Shown here: piece after piece, positions 36,790 to 49,422 of the stretch
Layout: each line of letters opens with the position of its first letter
Position numbering within the stretch: the stretch's first letter is position 1
NCBI RefSeq assembly: GCF_006345805.1
Contig: NC_043018.1
Location: 20,832,001 to 20,896,000, forward strand
Origin: Octopus sinensis
Taxonomy: Eukaryota
Reading direction: 5' to 3'
DNA: 64,000 nt
Translations under genes and position numbers: made by a program
Notes under the pieces: generated by a model
The model's input: only the letters and a program-made list of their open reading frames with translations
Told to the model about the DNA's origin: nothing
The model's database searches: none

Positions 36790-38137
36790 TATAGTATGTT
36801 GTTTTGAATTAATCCTGCATTATCTCAGCTTTGAAATTTTGATGGTGTAATTCTGTATTTTTTGTAGAATAGGTGTGAGAGGCTGGATCTGGCCTGTTTG
36901 TAATGAAGTGGGTAGAATATTCAGGCTAGGGAGTTAACAGGACAAATTTTGAAAATTAAAATAGTAAGATATAATTTGATATATTTCTTTGTCTCTTAGG
37001 AAATTGATCGCAAATAAAGCTAGCATCTTTTTTTTTATTTTTATCACCATCAATATTTAATGTCCATTTTCCATGCTGGCATGGGTTGGACGGCTTGACT
37101 GGAACCGGAAAGCCCAAGAGCTGCACCAGGTTCTATAGTCTGTTTTGGCTTGGTTTCTGTGGGGCTGGATACCCTTCCTAATACCAACCTATTTCTTTAC
37201 TACCCACAAGGGGCTAAACACTGAGGGGACAAACAAGGACAGACAAACGGATTAAGTCGATTACATCGACCCCGGTGCGTAACTGGTACTTAATTTATCG
37301 ACCCCGAAAGGATGAAAGGCAAAGTCGACCTTGGCAGAATTTGAACTCAGAACATAATGGCAGACGAAATACGGCTATGCATTTCGCCTGGCATGCTAAC
37401 GATTCTGCCAGCTCGCCGCCTTTACCAACCACTGTGCAGAGTATATTGGGTGCTTTTTACCTGGAACCATCACCAATGCTTTTTATGTGGCACCATCACC
37501 AGTACTTTTCACATGGCACCAACACCAATGGTTTTATTCTAAACCATTGTCTCATCCTTGTTTCATGTTTTCTTGGACAATATCAAAATATTGAAAATGT
37601 AATTAAAAGTCAGGAAAACTTGATTAAAAAAAATTGTATTTTTTTTCCATGAATTTCAGTTATTGTTCGATGGCTTATATTCTTTATGATTAAATATCTT
37701 AATTTCTTAATCAGATTAATATATACTGTTAATTAAATCAATTATTTAAAAACAATTCATTATTTCTACAGAGGTTATTGCTGCTTGGTGTAGGGGTACA
37801 GTTTACAGGAGACGCAGTGTTCAAGTCACGCAGACAGCATTAGATTTTTTTTTTTTTTAGATTAACTATGTAGCATTTAATCCAACCACATCCATCTCGA
37901 ATATTCAAATTGTTTTTAATGTTTGAACTGATCGGATCCAGCCTCTCACACCTACCTGATAATGCTTTTCTAAATATATTCAAGCACGTCTTCAAAATCT
38001 TGAAGCTTCAAAATAACACACGGTTAATTCAAACTTCTGTGAATAAACAAGAGTTACAAGAATGACGGTAATCTGGTTGCCAAAGAGTTAATAAATATCT
38101 TGAAATATTGTCATCGAAGCAATTTAATAAGCAACAT

Positions 38138-38527
38138 AGGCGCAGGAGTGGCTGTGTGGTAAGTAGCTTGTTTACCAACCGCATGGTTCCGGGTTCAGTC
38201 CTACTGCGTGGCACCTTGGGCAAGTGTCTTCTACTATAGCCTCGGGCCGACCAAAGCCTTGTGAGTGGATTTGGTAGACGGAAACTGAAAGAAGCCCGTC
38301 GTATATATGTATATATATATATGTTTGTGTTTGTCCCCCTAGCATTGCTTGACAACCGATGCTGGTGTGTTTATGTCCTCCGTAACTTAGCGGTTTGGCA
38401 AAAGAGACCGATAGAATAAGTACTAGGCTTACAAAGAATAAGTCCTGGGGTCGATTTGCTCGTCTAAAGGCGGTGCTCCAGCATAGCCACAGTCAAATGA
38501 CTGAAACAAGTAAAAGAGTAAAGAGTA
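38138..38527 (+). mobile_element. Family A SINE, full length
   Basis: GGCGCAGGAGTGG head through GTAAAAGAGT tail. Confidence 0.85.
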
Positions 38528-40441
38528 TATCTGTTTTTAGCATTGGAAACAAAAGGGAATCCTTTTTTTTTTTTTCTTTTTTCTCTAGATCTTTATACTT
38601 ATTGAAAATTATTTTAGATTTCTTCAGAAGCAGATTCTTTACTTTATGTTCAAATTAGAGATCGATTAACATATATTGTTTAATCAATAAAACAATTCGG
38701 TATTAATTAAGAATTTATTGTTCCTTTGGTGTGAGTGGTTTAACACAGTTATACATTTAACAGCAGTCGCAGTATTCGAGTCACACAGGCAATGGTACAA
38801 CTTTTTTTTGTCTATCTTCTTTATTAGAGTAATATAAATGTTATTAATATATTTGTCTTCTAACTAATTAATAAACAATATATCTATTTTGTGTTGAGGG
38901 GGGCGGGGAGAAATAAGGAATTTATCTTTTTTTTGTCTAGATCTATACAACTTCACAATTTGTTGAAAAATTATCATTTTTAGATCTATTTCTGAAAAAA
39001 GATTTTTTGAACATTTTTTTAAATTTTATTTTCAAGTTAATAAAAGAGGAGAAATTTTTTTTAAATAACTAACAATTACAAAGTTTAGAACAATTTTAAC
39101 CTCAAAAAGGAAAACGAAAACTGATAGCATTTTCATAAACAAGACTTAACAATGAAATGCATTGAAAAAAAACCATCCAAAAGATGATGTTAAAACTATA
39201 AGAAATAGTTAACGACAGAGAAGGGTACATTTTTGACATTGTAGAAAAATATTTTCTATAAGTTTTAGAATTTAGGATTAACGTTAGGTAGATTATAAAC
39301 TATGCACGTCTATATTCATCTGAACAGCTTTGATTTTGACAAAATACAATTTCAACAGACAAACGTAAATTTAGAAATACAAGGCTTGAAATTTGAGGGG
39401 AGGGTGTTAGCTGGTTATATCAACCCTCAGTACTTGACTGGTACCAGGTACTTTATTTCATCAACCCCCAAAAGGGTGTAACATGAAACTGACCTCGTTG
39501 GGATCCAGTTACATCAACCCCACTCCCCTCCTCCTCCCTGTACTGAACTGGTACCTGGTACTTCATTTTAACAACTATGAATGGTGAAGCTAACCTCAGC
39601 AGGATTTGAACTCAAAATGTTAAGAGTCAAAACAAATCTTGCAAGGCAGTTTTGTCTGACACTCTAACATTTCTGCCAAGGGTTTCACCCTTTAACAAAA
39701 GTAAACAATAAATATTTTTAAAACTTCAACCAAATGTTTAACAAAAAGTCTCTTCCATTAAAGACCTTTAAATGGTCTTGAACTTTTTTTTTTTATATTT
39801 TAATACTAACTTCAAAATTTTTAATTGTGAAATAATTAACTTTTGATTTGGGCAGTTTCATTAAATTTAGAAAATTACAAAATTTTTTTCTCTCTAAAAT
39901 TAAATTTTTTTTTAAGTTCATTTTATATTTTATAAAACCTATGTTTTATTTGATAACATATCACTTAAGTCCTTATAATCCTTTAATCTTTTACACTTAA
40001 ATCATGTAACAAATGTTTTATCTACTCATCATCATCATTCTTAAACCATTAGCTTAGTTCTTCTCCTACCCCCACCTTTTAAAGTTAAAATAGATGTTTT
40101 AATCCTTACAATCTACTGATTTAAAATTTTGGTGCAAGACCAGTAATTTTGGGGGTGGAGTAAATTAATTACATCGACCCCCGCCTTTAGTGGAGGCACA
40201 AGGCCTCAAATTTGTGGGGAGGCTACCACCTCACTGCCTTAATCAACAGGATTAGAATATTCAGTTCATTATTATTCTTTGAGTAATTGAATTTCATACA
40301 AGTTGAAAGATGTACATAATTACAAATAAGTTTGTTTTTTTTCTTTGTAGAAGTTATATTTTTAAGCAAAGTCTAATTTTTCCCTCTTAGTGTGTGTGTG
40401 TGTTTCATATAATTTAGATGCTATTTTCCAAAAAAGAAATA

Positions 40442-40810
40442 TCAGCAAAACGGATCAAGTTCCGAGGCTTTCGTTTTGTTATTTGGGCTGTTTGTAAGTA
40501 CGGAATTAGGGACAGAAGTTAAGCCTGAATCCGTATTAAGATCAACAATAATCTGTCCTGACTTCTGTCCGTTTTGGATATTGGCAGACGTTAAATCAGG
40601 TTTTGATTGCAGTGAGCTCATATTATTTGTATTGAGGTTTTGTAGAGGCAAATTGATGTTATTCAGTGGTTTCATAGGAGCAGTGCAGGCAATGCTGTTG
40701 TTGGTGGCGTCGGTTAAGGGAGGTGAAACATAATTTTCTTTCTTCATCGTTAACATCTGTTGTTGAGCCTTTTTAACACGTTCGTTCAAATCTTTCAATC
40801 TGTCTTCTTT
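40442..40810 (-). CDS. GABBR1: GABA-B receptor 1 terminal coding exon (KEDRLKDLNERVKK...KASELDPFC*)
   Basis: ttgcag acceptor, phase 0; KE.R..L continues the coiled coil; open to TGA at 40442-40444. Confidence 0.9.
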   Translation of the reverse strand, partial: KEDRLKDLNERVKKAQQQMLTMKKENYVSPPLTDATNNSIACTAPMKPLNNINLPLQNLNTNNMSSLQSKPDLTSANIQNGQKSGQIIVDLNTDSGLTSVPNSVLTNSPNNKTKASELDPFC

Positions 40811-40970
40811 CTGCAATAGAAAAAAAATTTTTTTTTTTAATTATAATTCTAACAGTTTGTTAGTACAGTGGTTCCCAACCTTTCCACAACCAAGGACCTC
40901 TTTTATTTACATGAGTTTTCCCATGGACCCCTTTTAACATGCTTATCCTTATATGTATATATATATATAT

Positions 40971-41177
40971 AAATGAAAGAATGGAGTCGAACGAAGATGT
41001 TAACAAAATTCCTTTACTCTCAACATGTTTCGAAGACAACATTTTTTCATTCCAAAGGAATAAAGGGTGCATTATGCACCCTTTATTCCTTTGGAATGAA
41101 AACATGCTGTCTTTGAAACATGTGTCGAGAGTAAAGGAATTTTGTTAACATCTTCGTTCGACTCAATTCTTTCATTT
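40971..41177. mobile_element. Fold-back element of about 100-bp arms
   Basis: Centre gggtgcat-t-atgcaccc at 41073; arms about 90% complementary by eye; GAAACATGT relic. Confidence 0.7.
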
Positions 41178-41630
41178 ATTCATATACAACACACAAATTT
41201 CTGCACATGAACCCAGAGTTTCTACCCTTGACAGGTTGCTTCAACCGTGTTTCTGACGTGAATTTGCTACCCAGGTTTCGGTTAAACGAATTTTCCATGC
41301 TGACGATAAACATAGGATAATTCATTCACCTACTTATATACATATATATATATATATATATTTCAATACAGAGCAAATAATTCAGGAGAAAGTGTTTACG
41401 AAAGATATTATTGACTCTATTATTATCTGGTGTAATAAATTTAAAGTGATAATAACAGAATCAATAATATAGGCAATTGCAGGTACAAAAAAAGGCATTT
41501 AATAGCTGAAGGATTAAAATTAATCAAAGGACATATTATATCTACCTGCTGGAGATAACAGTCAAAACCCTTATTTAAATCGCCGAAATACACTGATAAT
41601 AACTACAGAAATCAACCATCCATGGTAATG

Positions 41631-41679
41631 CGTGCTGAGGAAGGTTAGGCTATTATGCCAGTCCAGAAACCGTCCATGT
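41631..41679 (+). ncRNA. Candidate degenerate hammerhead motif
   Basis: CGTG-CTGAGGA-AGGTTAGGC(TATTAT)GCCAGTCCA-GAAAC-C-GTC-CATG; core and helix I present, helix II imperfect. Confidence 0.4.
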
Positions 41680-41954
41680 GAGTCCAAATACTTGAATGCT
41701 TGTCTTTGGATGGTAGACATACTTAGTATGTCCTTTGATTAACTTTAATCTTTCAGCTATGTCTCTGTGTGTGTGTGAAATTTTGAATTTAGTTCACAGA
41801 CCCCCCAGTAATACCTGTGCGGACCACCATGGGTCCATAGGCCACAGGTTGGGAACTGACTGTATTAGTAAAATAAATAAATAACACAGAACATGGCAGA
41901 CAAATAAGCCATTCGGCTGGCAGAGTCATTAGTAGACCGACGCAAAAAAGATAC

Positions 41955-42142
41955 CTTGATGAATTCTTTGCCATGAAACCACCTCAATTCTGGAAAGAGG
42001 GTATTTTCAAGTTAAAGAAAATATGGAGACGCATTGTGCAACAAAATGGTTCGTATTTGATTGATTAAAAATGTAATAGCAAGTATTTATTAACCTTTGT
42101 CTTTCCTTTAAAAATCAGCACAAACTTTCCGGACGACCCAAC
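41955..42142 (+). mobile_element. mariner transposase 3' end plus right TIR
   Basis: YLDEFFAMKPPQFWKEGIFKLKKIWRRIVQQNGSYLID*, then CAGCACAAACTTTCCGGACGACCCA. Confidence 0.8.
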
Positions 42143-43437
42143 AGATTCAATGAAATAGATTTAATAAACCTTTTGAATTCAAAGAATCTAAGATTTTCTT
42201 CTTTTCAATTCGAAGGAGTAACGTAGGCGTAAATAGATATTTTGGGGGCTAATTGGTTAAAAAGTTACCCCGACTCCTGCTCTAAACGATTCTGTCAAAC
42301 TTGAGGATAATTAATTTGAACGTATATTTGGATGGAGTTATCTCCCTTCTTACACTACGCGTTTCTAATTTAGTCACTTGGCTGAGAGACTAAACTTATT
42401 TGGTAGCATAAAAGATGCACGCACAAATTAGAGGCTTCTCAATTTCAGCAGCGCATATTCTGGGGTAAAATAAGGTCTGTGGTCATTCAAGTATGTTATA
42501 CAGGCCCGACTTCGAATTAAGGACATGGGGATGATTTTTTTGAGACATATTTTGGGGTTGGGGGAAAACCGTCTCTTATAGGCCTCATCTACAGTTAATT
42601 CGTTTTTATAAAATATAAAATAATTTTTAAAATGTTGAGAAAACCGCTTTATTAATATTTGTTTTTACAATGTTTTAAAATCTTTTTAAAAGAAGATTTA
42701 AGGGCGATAACTCGGAGTGGATCGGCTCTTTAAACCAATCAGTTGAGGTAACTGGTATGTTTCTGAATTATTAGCCCTCCTCAGCAAAGCACATTCTAGT
42801 CAGTTGGCAAGGCTACGTGATGTATTTAGTTATTAGATATCTTTAGGAGTTTCTGCTTCCTAATTGCAAAGCTAATCTCATCCATCATGCAACTTCTCTT
42901 TCTCATTCACATATACAGACAGTAGGGAAGATAAAAGATAGAACAATAAGACCGTTAATTAGCAGATAATGCCCCAGCATGGCCACAGTCAAATGACTGA
43001 AACAAGTCAAAGAGGATAAAATAAGAAGATTTCAAAGAAATAAATTTAATACATTATACAATTTATCAGTGAAATTGAATGCAGAAGTATCTAACTATTG
43101 GACTTGTAATGGACTCCTAAAGATGAATACATAACAAATACTGTATGTTTGTCTGGTACTTGTTCTGGTGATCCCTTTTAGCTGACCCATTAAGTTACAG
43201 GGACATAAACAAACCAATACTGGTTGTCAAGTGGTGAGAAACAAAACATAAAGATATTCACACACATGTGCAGATTTATTGACATTTTTCATTTACCAGA
43301 TTCATTCCTAAAAGTATTGGTTTATTGGGAGAAAAAGTAGAAAACGTTTGCTCAAGGTGCTGCAGAGAGGGATTGAACTTGGAACCACATGATTACAAAG
43401 CAAAAAAACCCCAAGAATTTGATGAAACACTTCTCAC

Positions 43438-43578
43438 CTGAGCAATGGCTTTCTTTATTTCTTCATTTTCAGCCAAAAGACGTTGATAGCGTTCTTCTTC
43501 TTCACGACTTGCCAAAGAATCTGTCAATGCTCGGATTTCCATTCCTTCTTGGTGCGGATTATTTAAAACATCCACAAT
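43438..43578 (-). CDS. GABBR1: GABA-B receptor 1 exon, proximal C-tail/coiled coil (IVDVLNNPHQEGMEIRALTDSLASREEEERYQRLLAENEEIKKAIAQ)
   Basis: ccttccag acceptor and CAG|gtgaga donor; EEE...RLL.EN.E.K..IA coiled-coil motif. Confidence 0.93.
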
Positions 43579-43739
43579 CTGGAAGGAATCATGAGAAAGG
43601 CTCACTTGAAACATTGGAGGAGAGAAATTCTTTTGCAAAATCTTCAGGCATTGAATACATTTTTATTCAGATAATAAATCAAATTGCATAGATATACATA
43701 TAAAGGGGTTTTCACTTCAAAGAAATTTTCCTTCAGGGA

Positions 43740-44810
43740 TAGTGGCTGTGTGGTAAGTCGCTTGCTTACCAACCACATGGTTCCGGGTTCAGTCCCACTG
43801 CGTGGCATCTTGGGCGAGTGTCTTCTGCTATAGCCCCAGGCCAACCAAAGCCTTGTGAGTGGATTTGGTACACGGAAACTGAAAAGAAGCCTGTCGTATA
43901 TATGTATATGTATGTGTGTGTGTTTGTCCCCCTAGCATTGCTTGACAACCGATGCTGGTGTGTTTACGTCCCCGTCACTTAGCGGTTCGACAAAAGAGAC
44001 CGATAGAATAAGTACTGGGCCTTCAAAGAATAAGTCCCGGGGTCGATTTGCTCGACTAAAGGCGGTGCTCCAGCATGGCCGCAGTCAAATGACTGAAACA
44101 AGTAAAAGAGTAACAGAGAGTAACCCTTGCAGACCAAGACTGTATTGTTACTTCATCAATAAAGAGGTTTTATGCCTCCGACTACACAATGGACTTTTCA
44201 GGCTAAGCCATCCAGCAGAAGTAGTGGTATGCATACATGCATACATACTTACATAAAACCAAACATACAAATCTACACATATACATACATACAAAAATAC
44301 CCTGTTGTTGATGTTGAAATTCCAATGAATGAAACTTGGATCTAGGTTAGAAACCAGCTCTTTCTCTACTGGCAAGAAATCTTGAAATAAAACTGAATAA
44401 TGACATATACACACACACATACATGTGTACATGTATATACATATACTTCTGCTAGTACATCTAAAGGAGTGACTGTGTGGTAAGTAGCTTGATTACCAAC
44501 CACATGGTTCTGAGTTCAGTTTCACTGCGTGGCACCTTGGGCAAGTGTCTTTTACTATAGCCTCGGGCCGACCAAAGCCTTGTGAGTGGATTTGGTAGAT
44601 GGAAACTGAAACAAGCCCGTCGTGTATGTATATGTGTATATGTTTGTGTATCTGTGTTTGTCCACCCCACAACATCGCTTGACAACCGATGCTAGTGTGT
44701 TTACATCCCCGTCACTTAGCGGTTCGGCAAAGTCCTGGGGTCGATTTGCTTGACTAAAGGTAGTGCTCCAGCATGGCCACAGTCAAATGACTGAAATAAG
44801 TAAAAGAGTA
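43740..44810 (+). mobile_element. Two family A SINE copies (43740-44113, 44463-44810)
   Basis: Match to other copies; antisense to GABBR1. Confidence 0.85.
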
Positions 44811-45627
44811 TACATTTTTCTTACATACATCTGTACTGATATTTTAAAAGGATTGGCATAACTCCTCACAAAGGGAGGTAGACATTACAAAGAGCGCAAT
44901 GCAATTACAATACATATTTTATTGGTTTGAAGGGTATTTTGACAGCTTACCTGTCTATTATTATTATTGAGCGAGAGAGCAGTGCATGCCATCAAAGTGA
45001 CACTGGGGCAAAATATACGAAGCCCAGTATACTCATCATGACTATCTGTCTGATAAGGGTACACCAGGCACATGCATCACAACCATATGTGTGCGACAAG
45101 GTGATCTCATATCAAGATAAACAGTGCATGACCTTGCAGTGGGGCTCAGTTAGAATTTTCTTCTGGTTGAGTAGCCCATCCCGCTCAAAAGGTCCCTGAA
45201 TAAGAATTCTTTAAGGATGTTGAACGAAACACCCATGTTTCCAAAGGTGAATTATTCAAACCCCAAAGAATTCCTTTCAACACACAGCTATGATGCTCCC
45301 CCACTACTTCTGCTCATGATCAGAGATGCACATATCGTCAGCCACTAAGGGACATGCTCAACTGGTTACGGTCAAACGACTGACAAGCAAATCTGTGGTA
45401 TTGAGCAGAATATTTGCTGTAGCCCATCTGTTATACCAAGACAAAACAATGTACATGATAACACTTCCAATCAGTTAAGATCAGAAGCCATGAGAGCCAC
45501 TGCCTTGTACTACTACATCTGGGCATTTATTATTATTATTATTAAATTAGTATTTCTGTCTTCTAAAAGTGGGCAACAAAAAAAAAAGAACAAATGAAAT
45601 TTTGGTAAAGACTAGCAGATCACTTAC

Positions 45628-45756
45628 CTTTGGTCCGAATATAAGTCCCATTGAGAGAAAACTACACATGACAATAGCAAGGGACATGAAAGCAAATGTA
45701 GCATCTTGTTGGCTGTTTATGATCAAAGTGATTGGAGCTGTGATGACACACAGAAC
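45628..45756 (-). CDS. GABBR1: GABA-B receptor 1 exon, TM6-TM7 (VLCVITAPITLIINSQQDATFAFMSLAIVMCSFLSMGLIFGPK)
   Basis: ttttcaag acceptor and AAG|gtaagt donor; VLC.ITAP.T.I..SQQDA.FAF motif. Not present in the supplied ORF track. Confidence 0.97.
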
Positions 45757-47039
45757 CTTGAAAAGAAAAGAAAAGAAAAAAAACTTTGAAATATAAGAAA
45801 CAAGTTGAAATTTCTATAATAACACACTAACAGCCTCGTCTGGCACCTGTCCCGGTGGCACGTAAAAAGCACCCACTACACTCTTGGAGTGGTTGGCATT
45901 AGGAAAGGCATCCAGCCGTAGAAACATTGCCACATTAGATTGGAGCCTGGTGCGGCCGCTGGCTCTCCAGACCCCAGTCAAACCATCTAACCCATGCCAG
46001 CATGGAAAATGGACGTTAAACAATGATGATGATTACTATATCCAATATAATCTTTATTTATTCAATTGTTTCATTTTAATCATGCGTTATCTCAAAGCTT
46101 CAAGGTTTTGATGATGTGATTGTATATATTTTTTTGATTGACATTGCAAGGTATGTGTAAGAGGTGGGATCTAGCCAGTTTGAATATAAGAAAATGGGTA
46201 GAATATTTGAGCCGGATATGGCCAGTTTAACCCTTTTGTTACCATATTTCAGTTGAGGTGCTCTGTGTTTCTTTCAATGAATTTTGAATATAACAAAGGA
46301 TTTAGTAAAATAACTTAGTCATCATTAAGCTAACGTTAGGAACATAAATTGTGACTAAGGCTTGCAAGACATTTGTACTACAGGACCAGAGGTGTTTTTA
46401 GCCAGGTTGGTATCAGGTGGGTTGGTATGCAAAAGGATTAATGTTGTGTAAATATGCTGTGCTTGAGAAGACCTGGTAACCCAAGTGAGACCATAACCTT
46501 GTGACCGTTTAGGGATGTTTCGTTTGTCTTCATGTTCTGAGTTCAAATTCCGCCAAGGTTGACTTTTCATCTCTTCAGGGTCGATGAATTAAGTACCAGT
46601 GAAACACTGGGGTCAAGTAATCAACTAGTTCCCTCCCACAAAATTTCAGGCCTTGTGCCTTTAGTAGAAAGTATTATTCTATATGAAATCAAAATCGAAA
46701 TCGATCAATATCAATGGAAATTGTAGCTGTGATACCAGTGCCGGTGGCACGTAAGAGAACCATCCGAATGTGGCTGTTGCCAGCGCTGCCCCGACTGGCC
46801 TCCGTGCCAGTGGCACGTAAAAAGCACCATCCGATCGTGGCCGTTTGCCAGCCTCGTCTGGCACCTGTGCAGGTGGCACATAAAAAGCACCTATTACACT
46901 CTCGGAGTTGTTGGCGTTAGGAAGGGCATCCAGCTGTAGAAACACTGCCAGATCAGACTGGGCCTGGCGCAGCCTTCTGGCTTCCCAGACCCCAGTTGAA
47001 TCATCCAACCTATGCTAGCATGGAAAACAGACGTTAAAC

Positions 47040-47081
<42 letters not shown>

Positions 47082-47205
47082 AATACATTGTCCATCATGT
47101 GTTTATATTTGTTTGTGACTTGTATATGTTGCCCATGTGTTTATTTTAACATAGTACTGTGCTATGAGTTTGATATAAAAATGAAATTATAATACTAATA
47201 CTTAC

Positions 47206-47333
47206 CACAACATTGTAGATGCTCATACCAACAAATCGTGAATCGTTAACTTGTTTCAGCTTTACACTACGGGTTTCATAGGCCAGGAATAAACCAAATA
47301 TAAGGAGAACGCCTTTATAACTAAACATTATAC
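47206..47333 (-). CDS. GABBR1: GABA-B receptor 1 exon, TM5-TM6 ([43 protein letters not shown])
   Basis: caacag acceptor and GTG|gtaagt donor; YKG.LL..G.FLAYET.SV....ND.R.VGM.IYNV is diagnostic of GABA-B1. Confidence 0.98.
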
Positions 47334-47733
47334 CTGTTGAGGCAAGAAAATTTATATTTAGAAGTGCAGCAAAAAAAAGAAGAAAAAAAAACTTCACGTT
47401 AGCTACATGAAGACACACTCATCACCTGCCTAACTTCACAGGTACCATACTGATCACTGTATAAAGTAGTACCTCTCAACAGGGGTTGCCCAGAACACTA
47501 GGGTTCTGCAAAAGGTACCTAGCAGTTCCGCAAAAGGTTCCTAGGGATTCCGTGAGAAAGACTAGGATAAGCTAATACATGATCCTAATATTACTATACA
47601 TGCACAACAACAACAACAACTAATTGGTTATTGTAATATTGTAATATAGACATCCTCCTATCTAACCTATCATGTTATCAAAAAATATAACAACCATTGG
47701 GGATATATTTAGTGATGTCTGTAATTTAAGAAC

Positions 47734-47771
<38 letters not shown>

Positions 47772-48058
47772 TGTGACCGACAAGGCTATCAGATGTTGCT
47801 GCACATCACTGGTCACAATGCGCTTTGCATTGTTTTAGTCTTCCGGTGGCTAAGCGAGCAGGCCAACAGAAGAAAGAGTGAGAGAAAGTTGTGGCGAAAG
47901 AATACAGCAGGGATCGCCACCACCCCCTGCCGGAGCCTCGTGGAGCTTTAGGTGTTTTCACTCAATAAACACTCACAACGCCCGGTCTGGGAATCGAAAC
48001 CGTGATCCTACAACCGTGAGTCTGCTGCCTTAACCACTGGGCCATTGCATGTTTCTTT

Positions 48059-48093
<35 letters not shown>

Positions 48094-48104
48094 TATATAT
48101 ATAT

Positions 48105-48267
48105 ATTTATTTATTTTATAGAAGGAGCTTCTACAGGACTAGAACTGTTTCATTTGAATGAAACAGTTCTAGTCCTGTAGAAGCTCCTTCTATAAAATAA
48201 ATTAATTTACTCTGCTATGTATTGAGTACCTTATTTACTGTGGTTAACCCCGACTCAACCCGGGACC

Positions 48268-48305
<38 letters not shown>

Positions 48306-48701
48306 GATAGTTACCATGTGAACTATGATGGAAAAAATATGAGGAGGATATGGTATAATAATTTTTTTTTGTGCAAGGGTTCCTTGAGACATGTAATTTA
48401 TTTTAAGGGTTACGCAAGGGTACAAATGGTTGAGAAGCACTGGTAAAAAGTGAGGGAGGTTTTCCTACCACGCCCTGTATTTTTTTTAATATTACGCGAG
48501 CTGGCAGTCATTATCATGCTGGGCAAAATGCTTAGCAGCATTTCAACCATCTTCACATTCTGAGTTGAAACTCTGCTGAGTCTGACTTTGCCTTTCCCTC
48601 TTCGGCATCAATAAAATGAGTGTTGGATCAACATAATTGATTTACCCCCTTCCCTGAAATTGCTGGCCTTGTGCCAAAATTTGAAACTAATATTACAAAA
48701 T

Positions 48702-48752
<51 letters not shown>

Positions 48753-49039
48753 GTAGTAGTAGGGAATATAATTTCAAAACTTACAGGGAAAAATTCAATT
48801 TAACAATTTTAAATCAAATTTCACAATATATAGTATATATAATTTTAATTTTAGTTTGATTTAATTTTGAACTGAATTGATTTTATTATTATTATTATCT
48901 ATTTGAAAATATAGCCATGAAATGTGTGTACTCTTTTTACTACTATTTACTATTTATAGTTTTTTTTATAGTATATGTTTTCTATATGGTGTGAATAACG
49001 TCTTTCTTCATTGAATTATTTAATAGTGGTTTTTCTCTA

Positions 49040-49078
<39 letters not shown>

Positions 49079-49270
49079 GGTCCCGGGTTGATTCGGGGTT
49101 AACCACAGTAAATAAGGTACTCAATACATAGCAGAGTAAAATTAATTTATTATACAGAAGGAGCTTCACAGGACTAGAACTGTTTCATTCAAGAGAAATC
49201 TTCAGGAAGCCTGAAGATTTCTCTTGAATGAAACAGTTCTAGTCCTGTAGAAGCTCCTTCTATATAATAA
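48105..49270. mobile_element. Pair of fold-back (Penelope-like) remnants in inverted orientation in a GABBR1 intron
   Basis: 48147-48275 is the reverse complement of 49073-49190; each end is itself a short palindrome bounded by (TA)n. Confidence 0.65.
49163..49254. ncRNA. Two overlapping opposite-strand hammerhead copies, each defective
   Basis: Consensus GCTTC-CTGAAGA-TTTCTCTTGAAT-GAAACAG-TTCTAGTC-CTGT-A-GAAGC. The minus copy lacks the cleavage-site A; the plus copy lacks the helix I 5' strand. Confidence 0.6.
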
Positions 49271-49299
49271 ATAAATATATATATATATATATATAATAT

Positions 49300-49361
<62 letters not shown>

Positions 49362-49422
49362 TGTATGTATGTATGTATGTATGTATGTATGTATATATAT
49401 ACATATATATATATGAACTTAC

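Larger units (their letters stand above)
40866..41862. mobile_element. hAT-type MITE split by nested insertions
   Basis: CAGTGGTTCCCAACC / GGTTGGGAACTGACTG ends; 8-bp TSD TGTTAGTA / TATTAGTA. Confidence 0.7.

Noticed and set aside
45455-45500. Faint resemblance to the U2 snRNA 5' end on minus
   Set aside because: Only short patches match; no branch-recognition or Sm-site match.
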